A stretch of DNA of 64,000 bases from Octopus sinensis (GCF_006345805.1 NC_043012.1:30194001-30258000), one strand, 5' to 3'; shown: positions 1-13,064, counted from the first letter of the stretch. Notes: generated by a model not told the origin, from the letters alone. A program made the numbers and translations.

Positions 1-126
1 CTCACAAGACTTTGGTCGGTCCGAAGTTATAGCAGAAGATACTTGCCTAAGGTGCCATGAAGTGGGACTGAACCCGGAACTATGTGGTTGGGAAGCAAGC
101 TTCCTACTACACAGCCAGCCTGCGCC
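1..126 (-). mobile_element. tRNA-derived SINE (family B, Octopus OR-like), partial
   Basis: Reverse complement of the GGCTGTGTGGTAAG...GTTCCGGGTTCAGTCCC head seen in the copy at 21709-22100. Confidence 0.75.
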
Positions 127-623
127 TATTATATATATATATATATATATATATCATATAAACAAAATGAGCTAAGGGAAATAACCAATGATATGTATTT
201 GAGCAACGTAAACATATAGAGGTATAGCAAATACCATACAACATATATTATAACAATCTCTGCTTCGAGAGGATATGTCATAATTACCAAATGGCAATTA
301 AAACTAACTCCATAGGGGAAGGAGAGATAATCGCAAGAATCACGTGTTCTCCAAAACCGAGATAAAGGACAGGCTTATTTGCTGGCGAAGGCTTTTGAGC
401 TGGAAACACGTGAGAACAGCTGAGCTCGTATATCCAGACAATAAGATTTAGGGACCAGCTAAAGCACCTTGGTGGATTCGAAACCAAATCTACATCTTTA
501 TTGTCAAGTTTCGGTCTTTTGTTTTCTCCTCTCAGCACTTAGAGATTAATGAGGATGAGTTGTCGTCTGAGACCTTCTCCAGTCATGGAAGGGTTAGAAA
601 GATAATTCTGGGTAAAATCTTTT

Positions 624-914
624 GGATCTTTTCCTTTTGAACGGCAGTTTTCAACACAATAACTAGTTAACTAAACACTTTTAAACTTCGTATACTGGTA
701 GAATGTGTCAAAATAAAACATTTTTTTCTCTTGGGTTTCTTGAGAAAATTGTAATTTGTAAGTTTAACGTAGTTTAATTTTTCGAATTTTAACCAATCGA
801 TTGCCTCTATTGAGCTAAACTCATTTGCTGCGTTTAAAACTGAGACAACATCCTGTCACTAACCCTCACTAACCCTCACCCTGCTGAAAACTGCCGGCCG
901 AAAGGAAAAGATCC
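624..914. mobile_element. Merlin-like MITE (291 bp)
   Basis: TIRs GGATCTTTTCCTTT...AAAGGAAAAGATCC; exact 8-bp TSD AATCTTTT (616-623 and 915-922). GG termini with an 8-bp TSD fit the Merlin/IS1016 superfamily. Confidence 0.8.
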
Positions 915-1777
915 AATCTTTTGTTTTAGGTTGACCTGCTTTGATTGCCAGACTTTCTAAACACCGAACCGAAGATTCAGTCACTCTCTTTGGTCATTGA
1001 AATGGATAGTGACTTTTGAGACACCCTATATGTGAGTTTGTGTGTGTGTGTATGTGTCTGTGTGTGTATATATACACACACACATATACGTATCTTCACC
1101 CCACCCCCACCACACACATACTTTAAGGGATGTTGGTTATAGCTGGTCAGGGAGTGACCGTTGGTTTCGCACCTATGTAGTTCTAAGTGGCATAGATGAC
1201 TCTCTGACCAACAATCTGTTAAATATTTCCGCTCTAAACTCTTTCAGGGTGTTCTTCTTTTCGGACTTAAGAACTACTGACCGATTCTATGGATACATGT
1301 CCAAATGTAACAACTTTTGAAGAGAAGGCTGCTATTTTCTTATCTCGTCGGGGTCACCAAATGTAACTAGTTATGGTACGGTCAAATTGTGTAAACTCTG
1401 TGAGACAGTGAAATAATCAACGTAGAAACGAAAATGATTGTTTACAGTTTTTCTTCACACGTAGAGTCAATATGTGAGGCTGTGGTAGAAGTTAGCCATT
1501 TCGGAGTTCAACAGAAATGAAGTTCAAACGCCCATCAGTGTGGGTCTGTTAGGAAAAGCTGATTGCTAGAAAGTGAAACGCATACAACGTGTGGGAGCAA
1601 ACATATACTGACCGTGATGTTCTTTCAAAGTTCCTGTTTATACCTAAGGGAAAAACTGGATGTATGTTTGAGAACAAAGGGATATCTATGTCTTTTGTAA
1701 CCTTCAAATGATCCAAGAATTCTAACTCAAACAAAGGAACCAAGATAAGTTTGACAGGTGCCCTCATAAATTTCCGA

Positions 1778-2243
1778 GAGTACACCAGATACTTGCATCA
1801 CAACCATATGTGCGCGACATGGTGATCTCATATCAAGATAAACAGCACATGACCTTGCAGGTGGGACCCAGTTAGAATTTTCTTCAGGTCGAGTATCCCA
1901 TCCCACTCAAAATGTCCCTGAATAAGGGTTGTTTAAGGATGATGAACAAAACACCCATGTTTCTGGAGGTGAATTATCCAAACCCCAAAGAATCCCTCTC
2001 AACACATGGCTATGATGTTTCCCCACTACTTCTGCTCGTGATCAGAGATGCACATATCGTCAGCCACTAAGGGACATGCTCAACTGGTTATGGTCAAACA
2101 ACTGACAAGCAAATCTGTGGTATTGAGCAGAATATTTGCTGTAGCCCATCTTTTATACCAAGACAATACAATGTACATGATAACACTTCCAATCAGTTAA
2201 GATCAGAAGCCATGAGAGCCACTGCCTGGTACTGCATCAGGGC

Positions 2244-2247
<4 letters not shown>
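1778..2247. mobile_element. (AAT)n-associated interspersed element, truncated copy
   Basis: Reverse complement of 28498-~28965; abuts an (ATT)n run at ~2246-2272. Confidence 0.8.
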
Positions 2248-2274
<27 letters not shown>

Positions 2275-2320
2275 GTTGCTGCTGCTGCTGCTGCTGCTGC
2301 TTGTAGTGACCAGGCACTCA

Positions 2321-2530
2321 CAGCGAGCTGGCAGAATCGGTAGCATGCCCGACAAAATGCTTAGCAGCATTTCGTCTGTCTTTCCATTCTAAGTTCAAAT
2401 TCCGTCAAGGGGCGACTTTGTTTTTCATTCTTTCGGGGTCGATAAAATAAGCACCAGTCAAGTACTTGAATCAGTCTAATCGACTTGGCCCTCCCCTGAA
2501 ATTGTTGTCCTTGTGCCAAAGTTTGAAAAC
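2321..2530 (+). mobile_element. tRNA-derived SINE (family A)
   Basis: GCGAGCTGGCAGAA head, GTTCAAATTCC B-box and GGGGTCGAT core shared with many other copies in the window. Confidence 0.8.
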
Positions 2531-2883
2531 TTTATTGTTATTACAGTCGTAGAAATAGTTGCGAAGCAGATGAAGATGAGAGATGTCGTAGCATCATCCA
2601 TGGAAATCGAACTGAATCTAACTGTTCCACTAAGGTGACTACACAACTTCAACCGGCCACATTTGAAGCCGTAACCTAACAAGTTAGAAAAAATTGAACT
2701 CTTAACAACAACAGCAGACCAGCCCCAAAACATTCAAAGAAACGCTCAGGAAAGATCGGCTGCAATAGGGACCAATGAGAAACCAACCTGCTGCCACGAA
2801 GCGACAACAAAGCCGATAGGAAATAAAGTTAAGGCAGTGCTCCAGCATAGCCGCAGTCCTACGACTGAAACTATTAAAACAAT

Positions 2884-2914
<31 letters not shown>

Positions 2915-2953
2915 CATATATGTATATATATGTATGTATATATATATATATAT

Positions 2954-2986
<33 letters not shown>

Positions 2987-3066
2987 GTATATATATATAT
3001 ATATGTATGTATGTATATATGTATATACATATATATGTATGTATGTATGTATGTATATATATATAT

Positions 3067-3104
<38 letters not shown>

Positions 3105-3115
3105 GTATATATATG

Positions 3116-3195
<80 letters not shown>
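2884..3195. repeat. Compound (CA)n/(TA)n/(TATG)n microsatellite
   Basis: Seen directly; source of the spurious YIYI ORFs. Confidence 0.95.
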
Positions 3196-3198
<3 letters not shown>

Positions 3199-4232
3199 AG
3201 AGGAAGAAAAGCAATCTCAGGATGCTGAAGCTCATGAAAGTAATGACAAAGGGATGCAAGCAATCCACACATACAAAAGAACAAAAAAAAACCAAACAAC
3301 AACAAAAACAGACAAACAAACGAAAAAACCGGACCCCAAAATGACTTATTTTAAACACAGACACACATGTATATGCGTGTAAGCATAAGGAATAAGTACT
3401 CATGACATAATCTTGGAAATAATAATAATTTCTCTACTTTTCTCTAGGGATATGGATGTGGTCTACAATTTGTGTAGGGGTTTAAATAAAAGATGAAGGG
3501 AAAGAAAGTGGGGGGGGGGGAAACAGTGAAATGACATAAAACTAACGAATGATGCAGTCCTTCTGATACAGGAGAACCTCCAACTTGAGCCAATGAAAGA
3601 ACCCCATAGATCCAAGTTTACCCTAGTCCCAATGGCACAAGTCCTTGCCCAACTGCTGTTCTCAAATTTACAGATGCATGTTTAAAGCGGATCCATTCAC
3701 CCTAACCGTTTTTACCAGTTGCCCGTTTGTTCACAAATTCACTGTGACAGAGCACTTCCTTCTCCATCCTCACTTTCCTTTTCAAGTGGAACTTAGAAAT
3801 AGTTGATAAAAGCTTAACCAAAGAGGAAGGTGTCTTTCCTGAATCCTTTCATCCTCGTCCATCACACAACCTCTTTCATCATAGCCACAAACAAATGGCC
3901 GCCTCTCCCCCTTCTTTTAACCCTTTTCATATCAATCCCGCTCAACACCGTTCCTGCTCCTTTGGAACATAGTTTCAATTTTAAAGGGATTCAAATAAAA
4001 ATTTGTCATTAAAATTTTTTGTTCATTTACATTCCAAAACTTAGCTGAACAACGACAAATTATTTTAGTATATTTCTACTATTTTTGAGACCATAAAGGG
4101 CATGTATTTCAGCTAAAATATAATAAGAAGATAATTAAAGTCGGGTGTTAGGGCGATCCTGCTAAAGGACTCGGCCGTTAACCGAATTCATGTGACAATA
4201 GCTGTTCGCTTCATAACTCTACAAGTCATTAT

Positions 4233-4463
4233 GGCGGCGAGCTGGCAGAAACGTTAGCAGACCGGGCGTAATGCTTAGCAGTATTTCGTCTGCCACTACG
4301 TTCTGAGTTCAAATTCCGCCGAGGCCGACTTTGCTTTTCATCCTTTCGGGGTCGATTAAATAAGTACCAGTTACGCACTGCGGTCGATATAATGGACTCA
4401 ATCCGTTTGTCTGTCCTTGTTTGTCCCCTCTGTGTGTAGCCCCTTGTGGGCAGTAATGAAACT
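4233..4463 (+). mobile_element. tRNA-derived SINE (family A), near full length
   Basis: GGCGGCGAGCTGGCAGAAACGTTAGC...GAGTTCAAATTCCGCCGAGG...GGGGTCGAT...TTGTCCCCTCT tail. Confidence 0.85.
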
Positions 4464-5509
4464 ATAACTCCACAAGTCAGTAAGAATTCGATTAAGAGAC
4501 CGAGTATACCGTGGACATTTGTAACCTTAATGCAGAATTTCCAGAGCTTTCCACATTATGTAACACTACACGCATACACACACATAGGCGCGCACACACA
4601 TACACACACACGCGCGCACGCACACACACACACACATACATACACACACACAAACAAACAAGATATAAATGTACAAAAAAAAAAGAAGAAAAAGCACGAG
4701 TAGTTTCCCTTGTTTGTACGTCAGATGTCACGAATCGATTATGACATATTGATGAGATCAACAGATTCGGTAGTTTTAGATTCTATGTTGTTTGTTTAGA
4801 GAGTGAAAAATCTAGTTTCTGTTAAGATACATTTTCATAACTCTGCCTTTATATTCCTGTTTTCGAGAAACCCAAACATAAATCTAGATTGCAAGTAAGT
4901 GTACGTTTTTATATATGTGTGTGTGTGTGCGTGTGTATCTATCTTCCTATATACTTAGCTCTCATACATACATACGTGTGTGTGTGGGGTGGGTATATGT
5001 ATATATATATATATATGTGTGTGTGTGATTTTTTGCATGGAAAAACGGTTGACATGACTTCAGAGTTTTGTTTTGTTTGCCTTTTTAAAACAATCTGATG
5101 AAAGCAAGGAAACTGAAACTTCGAAGTCCCTGTCAATCTTTTCATTGTAAGACTTTAATAAAATGTTTACTCTACAAAAGTCTATAAGTATAGCGGGTGG
5201 ACTTTGATGCTGCGGCCTACGTTGGAACCCGGCCATAATAATAATAATACATAATAATATATATAAAATGTATATATATATATATATATATATATACATT
5301 ATATATTTATATTGTATATATTATGTAATATTTATATAATATATATATGTATACACACACACACATCTTCTATCTTTTCCTTGTTTCATTCATTGGACTT
5401 CCTCCTCCCCCTTCTCTCGGTTTGCAAATTACTCCCCCCCCGCCTTGAAGGTTTTGTTCATGGATCTCTTTGCGGAAATTCAAGCTGGATATAGCTTGAG
5501 TCCTTATAC

Positions 5510-5710
5510 CAGTGCTTTTCAAACTTTTTGTTGAAGCGGAACCCCAAGGAAACATTCCACTGGCTCGAGTAACCCCTGTGCAATAATTTAATAGTCTTAT
5601 GCACACATATCTGCACAGGAGAATTAAAAATTACTGCCGATTTTAGCAGTTTTGTAACTTCTTGCGGAAACCCTGGACTGTACTGGCGGAACCCTGGTTG
5701 AAAACCACTG
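5510..5710. mobile_element. hAT (Charlie-like) MITE, 201 bp
   Basis: Imperfect TIRs CAGTGCTTTTCAA / TTGAAAACCACTG; exact 8-bp TSD CCTTATAC (5502-5509 and 5711-5718); internal GCGGAACCC motifs. Confidence 0.85.
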
Positions 5711-6132
5711 CCTTATACAATAGATGCCGACAGTTCGACTTGGATCATTCATCGTTAGATCTACAGTACGGTATGAGAAAGTTGTTGGCGTCACTTTCAC
5801 ATTATGGATAAATCCATATTATTTGTGAAGGAGAGATACAGAATTTTGTTGGTTGGAGTATCACTTGATCCATGAACAACACACTAGAAAGTTCGATCTG
5901 CTTGCCATTATTCATGCAGTGACATCTCAGGGAGTATGTGGCCTTAAGGTTATTTGACATTTCGGAGGCTGAAGTCATCTTGGAGGAGCATATTGATGCG
6001 TTGGCCCAGGTTTGTCAATACTACTTCTGTGCGTCTGAGGCTACCCTTATTCACCATTATTTTTCGAAGCATCTGTTGCACGATATAATGTATATGTTAA
6101 TTAGCACATCAAGTTGCTTTAAAACAGACCAA

Positions 6133-6336
6133 GGAAATGATTTTAGCTCAATAGAGGCAATTGATTGGTTAAAATTCGAAAACTTAAACTACGTTAAACT
6201 TACAAATTACAATTTTCTCAAGAAAGCCAAGAGAAAAAATATTTTATTTTGACACATTCTACCAGTATACGAAGTTTAAAAGTGTTTAGTTAACTAGTTA
6301 TTGTGTTGAAAACTGCCGTTCAAAAGGAAAAGATCC
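6133..6336. mobile_element. Merlin-like MITE, internally deleted copy, opposite orientation to 624-914
   Basis: Reverse complement of ~624-825; ends AAAGGAAAAGATCC; direct repeat CAGACCAA at 6125-6132 and 6337-6344. Confidence 0.75.
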
Positions 6337-6899
6337 CAGACCAAGTTTGAATGTGTCAACAGAGTTAATAGTGTGACATCTTGACGGATGTCCATCGCGA
6401 TTTCATTCTGTTCTGTCTGTTTGGACCGCATTCGCATGTGTATTTCCACATCATTTATGCCTACAAAGTGATGCGTTATGGTTTGACTGCATGCGGAGAG
6501 ATCGGATGGATGCGTGTGTTGCTGACTTTCGCGGCCATGCTGTAGCACCCAAGCGTAGTTATTAGTTTATGAAATGTTTTAAGTTTATTGGAGTTACTTC
6601 CCTTTAAAGTGAGTTACTTCGCTTGGACTTACATCCGTCTTCCCATGCTTGCATTCAAATTTCTGTCTCTTAAATTTCTCTCGGAAGGCATTGGTCGACT
6701 CAAAGCCGTGTAGTGGGAGTGAACCCACGAAACACACGTATTCAAATATCGTTATAACCCAGAGAGTACTCTGTATTATCCAGGCATCAATACTTCAATA
6801 CAAGTTTAGTTTTATACAGAAACATAGAGAGAGAGAGAGAGAGAGAGAGAGGGGGCAGAGAAAGAGATAAATAGAGAGAGAGGAAAAAGAGAGAAAGAA

Positions 6900-7330
6900 G
6901 ATTGTATGAATGGAAGAGCTGAGCTGTTGTTGGGAGAGACTGGAAGAGCCATGACTCAACTTGCTGAAGCAAAAACGAGAGAGGTATGCAGTGTGGTGTA
7001 TGTATGGAAGATCCTGGAGGGGTTGGCACCAAGCTTTAGTATCAAGAGCTATATCAGCCCTCTACCCAACCCCGAACTGGACTGTTTCAAAGGTCCCAGC
7101 TAGAGGTGAGGACCATGTACTACAATAGCTCGGAATTCAAGGGCCCACAGCTATTAACGCCTTGCCAAAACATCCGAGGAATCTTCATGGAGTCGGGGTA
7201 GCTGTTTTTAAGAAAGAGCTTCACCTCCTGCTATCCAAGGTCTCAGATGACCCTATATCAAGGCAGGAAACTCAAAAAATGGTAGCAGTGTTGAATTCCC
7301 ATCTTCACCAAAAGCCAATCACATGAGATT
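6900..7330 (+). mobile_element. Degenerate 3' end of a CR1/L2-group LINE ORF2
   Basis: Frameshifted remnants such as YVWKILEGLAP and FKKEL..LLSKV.D resemble the C-terminus of CR1/L2-group ORF2. Confidence 0.6.
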
Positions 7331-7415
7331 GGCCATTGAAAAGGTGTTTACACTGGCAGTGCTCCACCATGGCCACGGCCTTATGGCTGAAACATATAAA
7401 AGAATAAAAGTATAC

Positions 7416-7555
7416 ATATTTATAAAACAGAAATTCAAATGAAGCAAGCTTGAAATTTCATTTCAATATGTGTGTGTGTGTGTATGTGTATACACACACA
7501 TACATATATTGAAATGAAACTTGCATCATTCGAATTTGTTTTCTAAATTTAAAAT
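7416..7555 (+). repeat. Left arm of ~140-bp inverted repeat flanking the ODF3 exon
   Basis: Reverse complement of 9072-9205; the non-microsatellite parts match exactly by eye. Confidence 0.95.
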
Positions 7556-8026
7556 CGTCATCTTGTATTAAATATTTGTTGATAAAAGAGTTAATTGAAA
7601 ACATTTAGTGTCATTTATTATATTTTTAATGAACCTTGATTGTATATGTGTTGTTGTTGAACCCTAGGCAAAGCTAGTTTAAGTAGAACTATGATCAGAA
7701 ATGAAGCATTTAATTTTGTCAAATAGTGTCTCTGGAATTACAGTATCATATGTAATGTTTATAAAGACCATGGGATATGGCTGGAGGGTGGTTTAGCTGT
7801 TAGTTCTAGCAAGTCAAAAGAACACGTAGAGGTTCCCTCATTGGTTTGTGATGTGTGTGTGTTGGTGAGAACTTTTATTTACTTCATATTTTCATAAATT
7901 TTCTTCTCTTTGCAGGACACGCTGCTTGTACATGCCCCCACAATCCCCCATACCTCTACAAATTGCTTGAATTGAGGATTCCTTTTTTTTTTTCCTGACC
8001 CACCATCAAGTGAGTAAAACTTCATC

Positions 8027-8806
8027 ATGACCACGTTTGCTCCGACTAAACCACGGAGACCCGTGTATGCAAGTTACACAAATCCGGGTCCTTATTATAA
8101 AATGAACCCTTTGCTGGGGGACAAGGGCCATGACAAAAACAGTCTCTTTCCAAAGAGACCTGCTTATTATATTGGTTTAAGAACACAGCGACGAATGATC
8201 ACAGATACACCAGGCCCTTGTTATTTGTTAGACAATCCGTTAGTATACCGTGATGGCATGAAAAGTACCCCAAAGTACTCAATTAAAAGCCGGAGAGACG
8301 ACCACAACGTAGACAAAACTCCAGCCCCTGGTGACTACGATGTGATAAAGTGTACCCTGTCAGGTGCTGTGTACCCCAGCCAACCAAGGTGCATCTTTGG
8401 AAAATCTTCATTTAGACGTGTTCCTGATGATACGCCAGCGCCTAACGCATATACCCTACCCCCAGTATTGACACACACTGTCGACGCCAGTAAAATCCAA
8501 GCACCAATCTATTCCATGCGAGCTAAGTTTGTTTTTGGCCATCCTTATGAAGACTTTTCAGAGACGCCTGGTCCTGCCGCTTACAAAGCAGCCAATCTTG
8601 ATATGATCAACAAGAAAGCCCCTGGATTCACCATGCGACCATGGACCAGTCTTCCTACAGATAATACCAATAAACCAGGACCAGGAGCTCACAGGAATGA
8701 AATTGTCTGGGATAGCAAAAAGAAGACAGCCCCTTCTTTCACTTTTGGCATTCATCATTCACAGTATCTCACTCCGCTTATGGATCAATGTATTGATTTA
8801 GCATGA
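8027..8806 (+). CDS. ODF3: Outer dense fiber protein 3 / CIMAP1-like (SHIPPO/PGP-repeat) ciliary-flagellar protein, 259 aa, single coding exon
   Basis: Six PGP-type repeats (NPGPYY, TPGPCY, TPAPGDY, TPAPNAY, TPGPAAY, KPGPGAH) and a C-terminal APSFTFGIHHS. Upstream acceptor TTTTCTTCTCTTTGCAG ends at 7915; AATAAA at 8982-8991. Exact paralogue uncertain. Confidence 0.9.
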   Translation: MTTFAPTKPRRPVYASYTNPGPYYKMNPLLGDKGHDKNSLFPKRPAYYIGLRTQRRMITDTPGPCYLLDNPLVYRDGMKSTPKYSIKSRRDDHNVDKTPAPGDYDVIKCTLSGAVYPSQPRCIFGKSSFRRVPDDTPAPNAYTLPPVLTHTVDASKIQAPIYSMRAKFVFGHPYEDFSETPGPAAYKAANLDMINKKAPGFTMRPWTSLPTDNTNKPGPGAHRNEIVWDSKKKTAPSFTFGIHHSQYLTPLMDQCIDLA

Positions 8807-9071
8807 TGAGCAGCAAATTTGAACAGTCACCACCATCATCATCTTCATTGTTTTGTCAGAGGAACTGAAAGAATGTTTCTATATTGAATATATATCGATT
8901 TTTCCCCACTGATTGATATTTCTGTAATTCTTTGGTCTAACAAAGCCATCAACTGAAAGATATATAACAGTAAAATGTAAAAATAAATAAACTAGCTACC
9001 ATACAAATCGAATAGCATTTCACTACCATTTACTCTTAAAATAACAACTTTACCACGTTAACTACATATAA

Positions 9072-9205
9072 ATTTTAAATTTAGAAAACAAATTCGAATG
9101 ATGCAAGTTTCATTTCAATATATGTATGAGAGTGTGTATACACACACACACATATTGAAATGAAATTTCAAGCTTGCTTCATTTGAATTTCTGTTTTATA
9201 AATAT
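9072..9205 (-). repeat. Right arm of inverted repeat flanking the ODF3 exon
   Basis: Reverse complement of 7416-7555. Confidence 0.95.
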
Positions 9206-10379
9206 ATCTTTCTATCCCCCGCACCCCACCCAATAAACTGATCTATGAATCAATACATCTCAATAATCAATACAACCAAAAGGTATCACTCCAATTCTCT
9301 TTCCTTTTTTTCTTTCTCATCTCTCCTCTTGTGTTTTCTCTATCAAATTGATATGGAGATGATGATGATGATGCTGAGGTAAGGGCAACGGTAAAGACAA
9401 AAATAACGATGACATCACACACTTTGATAAATGCAGGATTTGGTCGAAATAAGTTTTGTTAGGTCACCAACAGCAACAGCAACAATAACGACGATGATTT
9501 CCACTTTGATAAACAATGAAGTGGTGGCGCTGGGGAAGAGATAGCGATAGCACAAGAGATGAAATGTGGGGTTCCTGCCTTTGCCGAGGTGGACAATGAT
9601 CATTGATGACACAAAATATGAGATTTGGTTTCAAAACGAAGAATTTGTTTCAATTCTGAAGAATTGGCACAAGTTGTTTTAATTCTAGTTTGACTAGAAT
9701 ACTGATTCCCAAACAATCAACAACCGAACTATGTGGTCCCCTGCTAGAAATAGCAGCCTGTAGTCTTTAAAAAGTGAAAGATGTGTCATCTTTCACTTTT
9801 TAAAGAAGAAAAACTGGGACGGTTATGGTTGGAATGTAAATAATCATGGATCTGAGGTAATCTGGGATTAAACAATGAAGGCCAAGAATAAGAAGGGTGA
9901 ATAAAGCTGATTATATTGTCCTTCCCCAAAATGCGTGATGGACTGTTGGCCTAAGTAGGATTAGAACTCACAATTTAGAAAGGAAAATTACTTTAAAATG
10001 ATTGCTGTGTCAAAGACACTTTAGCCATTCTGAAAACGTTTGTATCCTGATGTCAAAATTCCTGTTGCTTGAAACTGCTCCCTTAGACACTGACAAAAAA
10101 AACTGTGCTGTGTCTGGCAGTGACCAAGTCACAGTTTTGAGTGAGGATTACAAACAATAAATGTTTAAGTGGAGTTAAAGCAGTCTTTGAGTGTTTCTGA
10201 ATGGCCAACTCCTGTCTTGTGTGCTGCAATTGTTTTGGATTCAATGAGCAAAACACTTGCCACCCAACTGCATCTCCACAATGTGGTTTTGGACCTGCAT
10301 TTGTCTGATAGAAATATTGGTATTAATAATAATAATATTTTAAAAGGATCAACGTAACTCCTCACAAAGGTAAATAGAC

Positions 10380-11733
10380 AATATAAAGCGGGTGGGGGTA
10401 AGTCGATTACAACGACCTCAGTACTCAACTGGTGCTTTATTTAATTAACCCCCAAAAGATGAAAGGGAAAGTTAACCTTGGCGGGATTTTGAACTCAGAA
10501 TGTAAATAGCTGGATCAAATACCACAAGGCACTTTGTCTAATGCCCCAATGATTCTGCTATTTCAATATACTTGTCTTACAAATTTTTAGGTGGAGAGGG
10601 CAGTTGATTATATTGACCCTAATATGTGACTGGTACTTTATTATATTGACCCCTGGAAGGATGAAAAGTAAAGTAATCCTGGAAGTGCATGATAGGATTT
10701 GAACTCAGATCATAATGGATTGTAAGTTAAATAGTGCAAGACATTTTGGTTGACATTTTAACAATTCCACATCATGGAAGATGAAGCAACAACAACAACA
10801 CAAACATCCTTTTCTTTTTAAACTTCTTTTTCATGAGAAATCATTATTATTGTTTTTTCTTTACATTACTAATTATGTAATTAGTATATTAATATGAAAA
10901 AAAAACAAATAAAAAACCCCAAATGGAAACATAAACAACAAACTCACTTCCTCCTCCACTTGTCAATACAAACACTGAGGGAGCTTGTATTTGCAAGAAA
11001 TAGCAGTCAAATCTCTCTCATATATCACACCCTACCACATTAAAAACAGAAAAACACATTGGACAGTGATGTAGTGTTTGATCCCTAAACTATCTCTTAG
11101 CAGGAGATAGTCATGGTTGGAACCCCTTTGGTCAGGGCTGAACTGGGGTGAGCAACAAAGAAATACAAAACTGAAACAACTGCAGCAGCAACAACAACAA
11201 CACAGAGAAAGTGTTTTGAGAGTTTGTGATGTTCATGCATTTCCTTATTGTTCTTTTAACATTAAAATATATTTTCTTTAGAGGGGCATAAAACCAGGAC
11301 ATTTATAGGAGGGAAGGGAGGGATGTGAAGTTGATGAGAATGTTTCCCCTTCCCAGTATAATTACTGGTATCTTAATTATATCAACTTCAGGCAGATAAA
11401 ACACTGCAACTGACCAAGGAAGGACCAAATGCAGAAACAGAAAACCAATATCTGTAAGACATCTAGTTGGGTGCTTTACAGTAGCATCTGTAAAGCAGGT
11501 GGGAGGCTTGAAAAGGATTAAAGACGGGAGCTGGGTGGCAGTGTCGGGTGAGAGACTTTCCTCACAAGCCACATGTAATTCTTTTGTTCTTTATTTCACT
11601 GGCCCCAGAAGAATGAAAGGCAAAGCTGACATCTGCAGGATTTGAACTAAAAAATTAAAAGAGTTGGGACAAATATCACAAAGTGTTTCAGCCACTTCTT
11701 TGGGGATTTTACCAATCCATAACCTTTACAGAA

Positions 11734-11766
<33 letters not shown>

Positions 11767-12210
11767 CCTTTCTATTATAGGCACAAGGCCTGAAATTTGG
11801 TAGTGGTTGGGGGGACAGTCGATTAGATTGACCCCAGTACTCAACTGGTACTTAATTTATCGACCCCAAAAGGATGAAAGGCAAAGCTGAGCTCGGTGGA
11901 ATTTGAACTCAGAATGTAGTGGCAGACGAAATACTGCTAAGCATTACGCCTGGGGTGCTAATGGTTCTGCCAGCTCACTGCCTGATGGCTAAGAATAATA
12001 AAAAACAATTTATTATTACTATTATTCTCTCTTCTATAGGCACAAGGGCTGAAATTTTAGAGAAGGGTCAGTCGATTATATTGACCCCAGTGCTTAGTTG
12101 GCACTTATTGATTTGAAAAGGTAAAATTGACCTCGGCAGAATTTGAACTCAAAGACATCGAAGAAATGCTGCGAAGCCTTTCATCTGGCGCAGTAATGAT
12201 TCTACGGGTT
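10380..12210 (-). mobile_element. Cluster of family A SINE copies (about 10380-10560, 10590-10760, 11766-11983, 12030-12200)
   Basis: Repeated GATGAAAGGCAAAG...GAATTTGAACTCAGAA, the reverse of the family A core. Confidence 0.75.
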
Positions 12211-13064
12211 AAGTCACCTGCTTGATAATAATGATTTTTAAGAAGGACACAAGGCCATGGATTTATTGAGGGTGTGTAAGCAATTGTATCAGTTTAAGTT
12301 TGTTAATCCTGGAATAGGATTTGAACAGAGAACAGAAAGGGATGTGGATTGAAATACTACAAGGTATGGTACATGCTGCTGGACCAACATTGTCAATTAA
12401 AAAATGGCAACAACAATAATAATGATGATTATTATGATGATGATGTGTAATTTAAAAAGATCTGAGGTGTGTGTATGCATGCATGCATGTATGTATGCAC
12501 GTATATATATGTGTGTGTGTGTGTATGTATATATATGGATGTCTGCCCACAACACATTTCTGTCTGTAAAGCTAGTCAACGGTCAAAAGTTTCAAGCAAT
12601 GCATGTAATATAAACATATATACATACGTTTATTAAATATATATACACACACTACATATATATATATCAAATGGGAATGGATGTGTTTAGTGTCTGACAA
12701 ATTTACCAGTCAAGTTGTGGTTGATATTGTTAACCCCATTAAACTCCTCCTGTTGTGTAATCCCATAGGGGTCAGTGCAGTTTAAGAAGGACTACAAAGT
12801 AATATAAAGAACAGATCCCTAGGTGAGGGTTAAAATGCTGTCATTTGTTGCATCTGTTAAACGTCTTGGTGTTTGATAATTAAGGTGCAATACAGGCTTA
12901 CATCTCTGTCTGAGGAGGTGGCCAGTTTTGATTACCTCTGCTGCATTTATAAGTTGCATCTATGGATTGCTTTTATAACGACGTGACACCATTAATTAAC
13001 GACCAAATACTAAAACTTAGTAGTTGCCATAAAGGAATAAAAAGTTCATGGCAAAGATTTCTGA

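Noticed and set aside
2702-3403. Long ORFs rich in YI/HT/CV (also near 44.6-45.2, 47.5-49.7, 50.8-53.2, 57.8-58.5 and 60.8-62.6 kb)
   Set aside because: They are translations of stop-free microsatellites with no protein-family signal.
7916-9072. circRNA of the ODF3 coding exon driven by the flanking inverted repeats
   Set aside because: The exon looks terminal (AATAAA present) and has no strong downstream donor for back-splicing.
10940-11570. Possible extra exons between ODF3 and CNPY
   Set aside because: Isolated splice-like motifs with no consistent reading frame or recognisable protein similarity.
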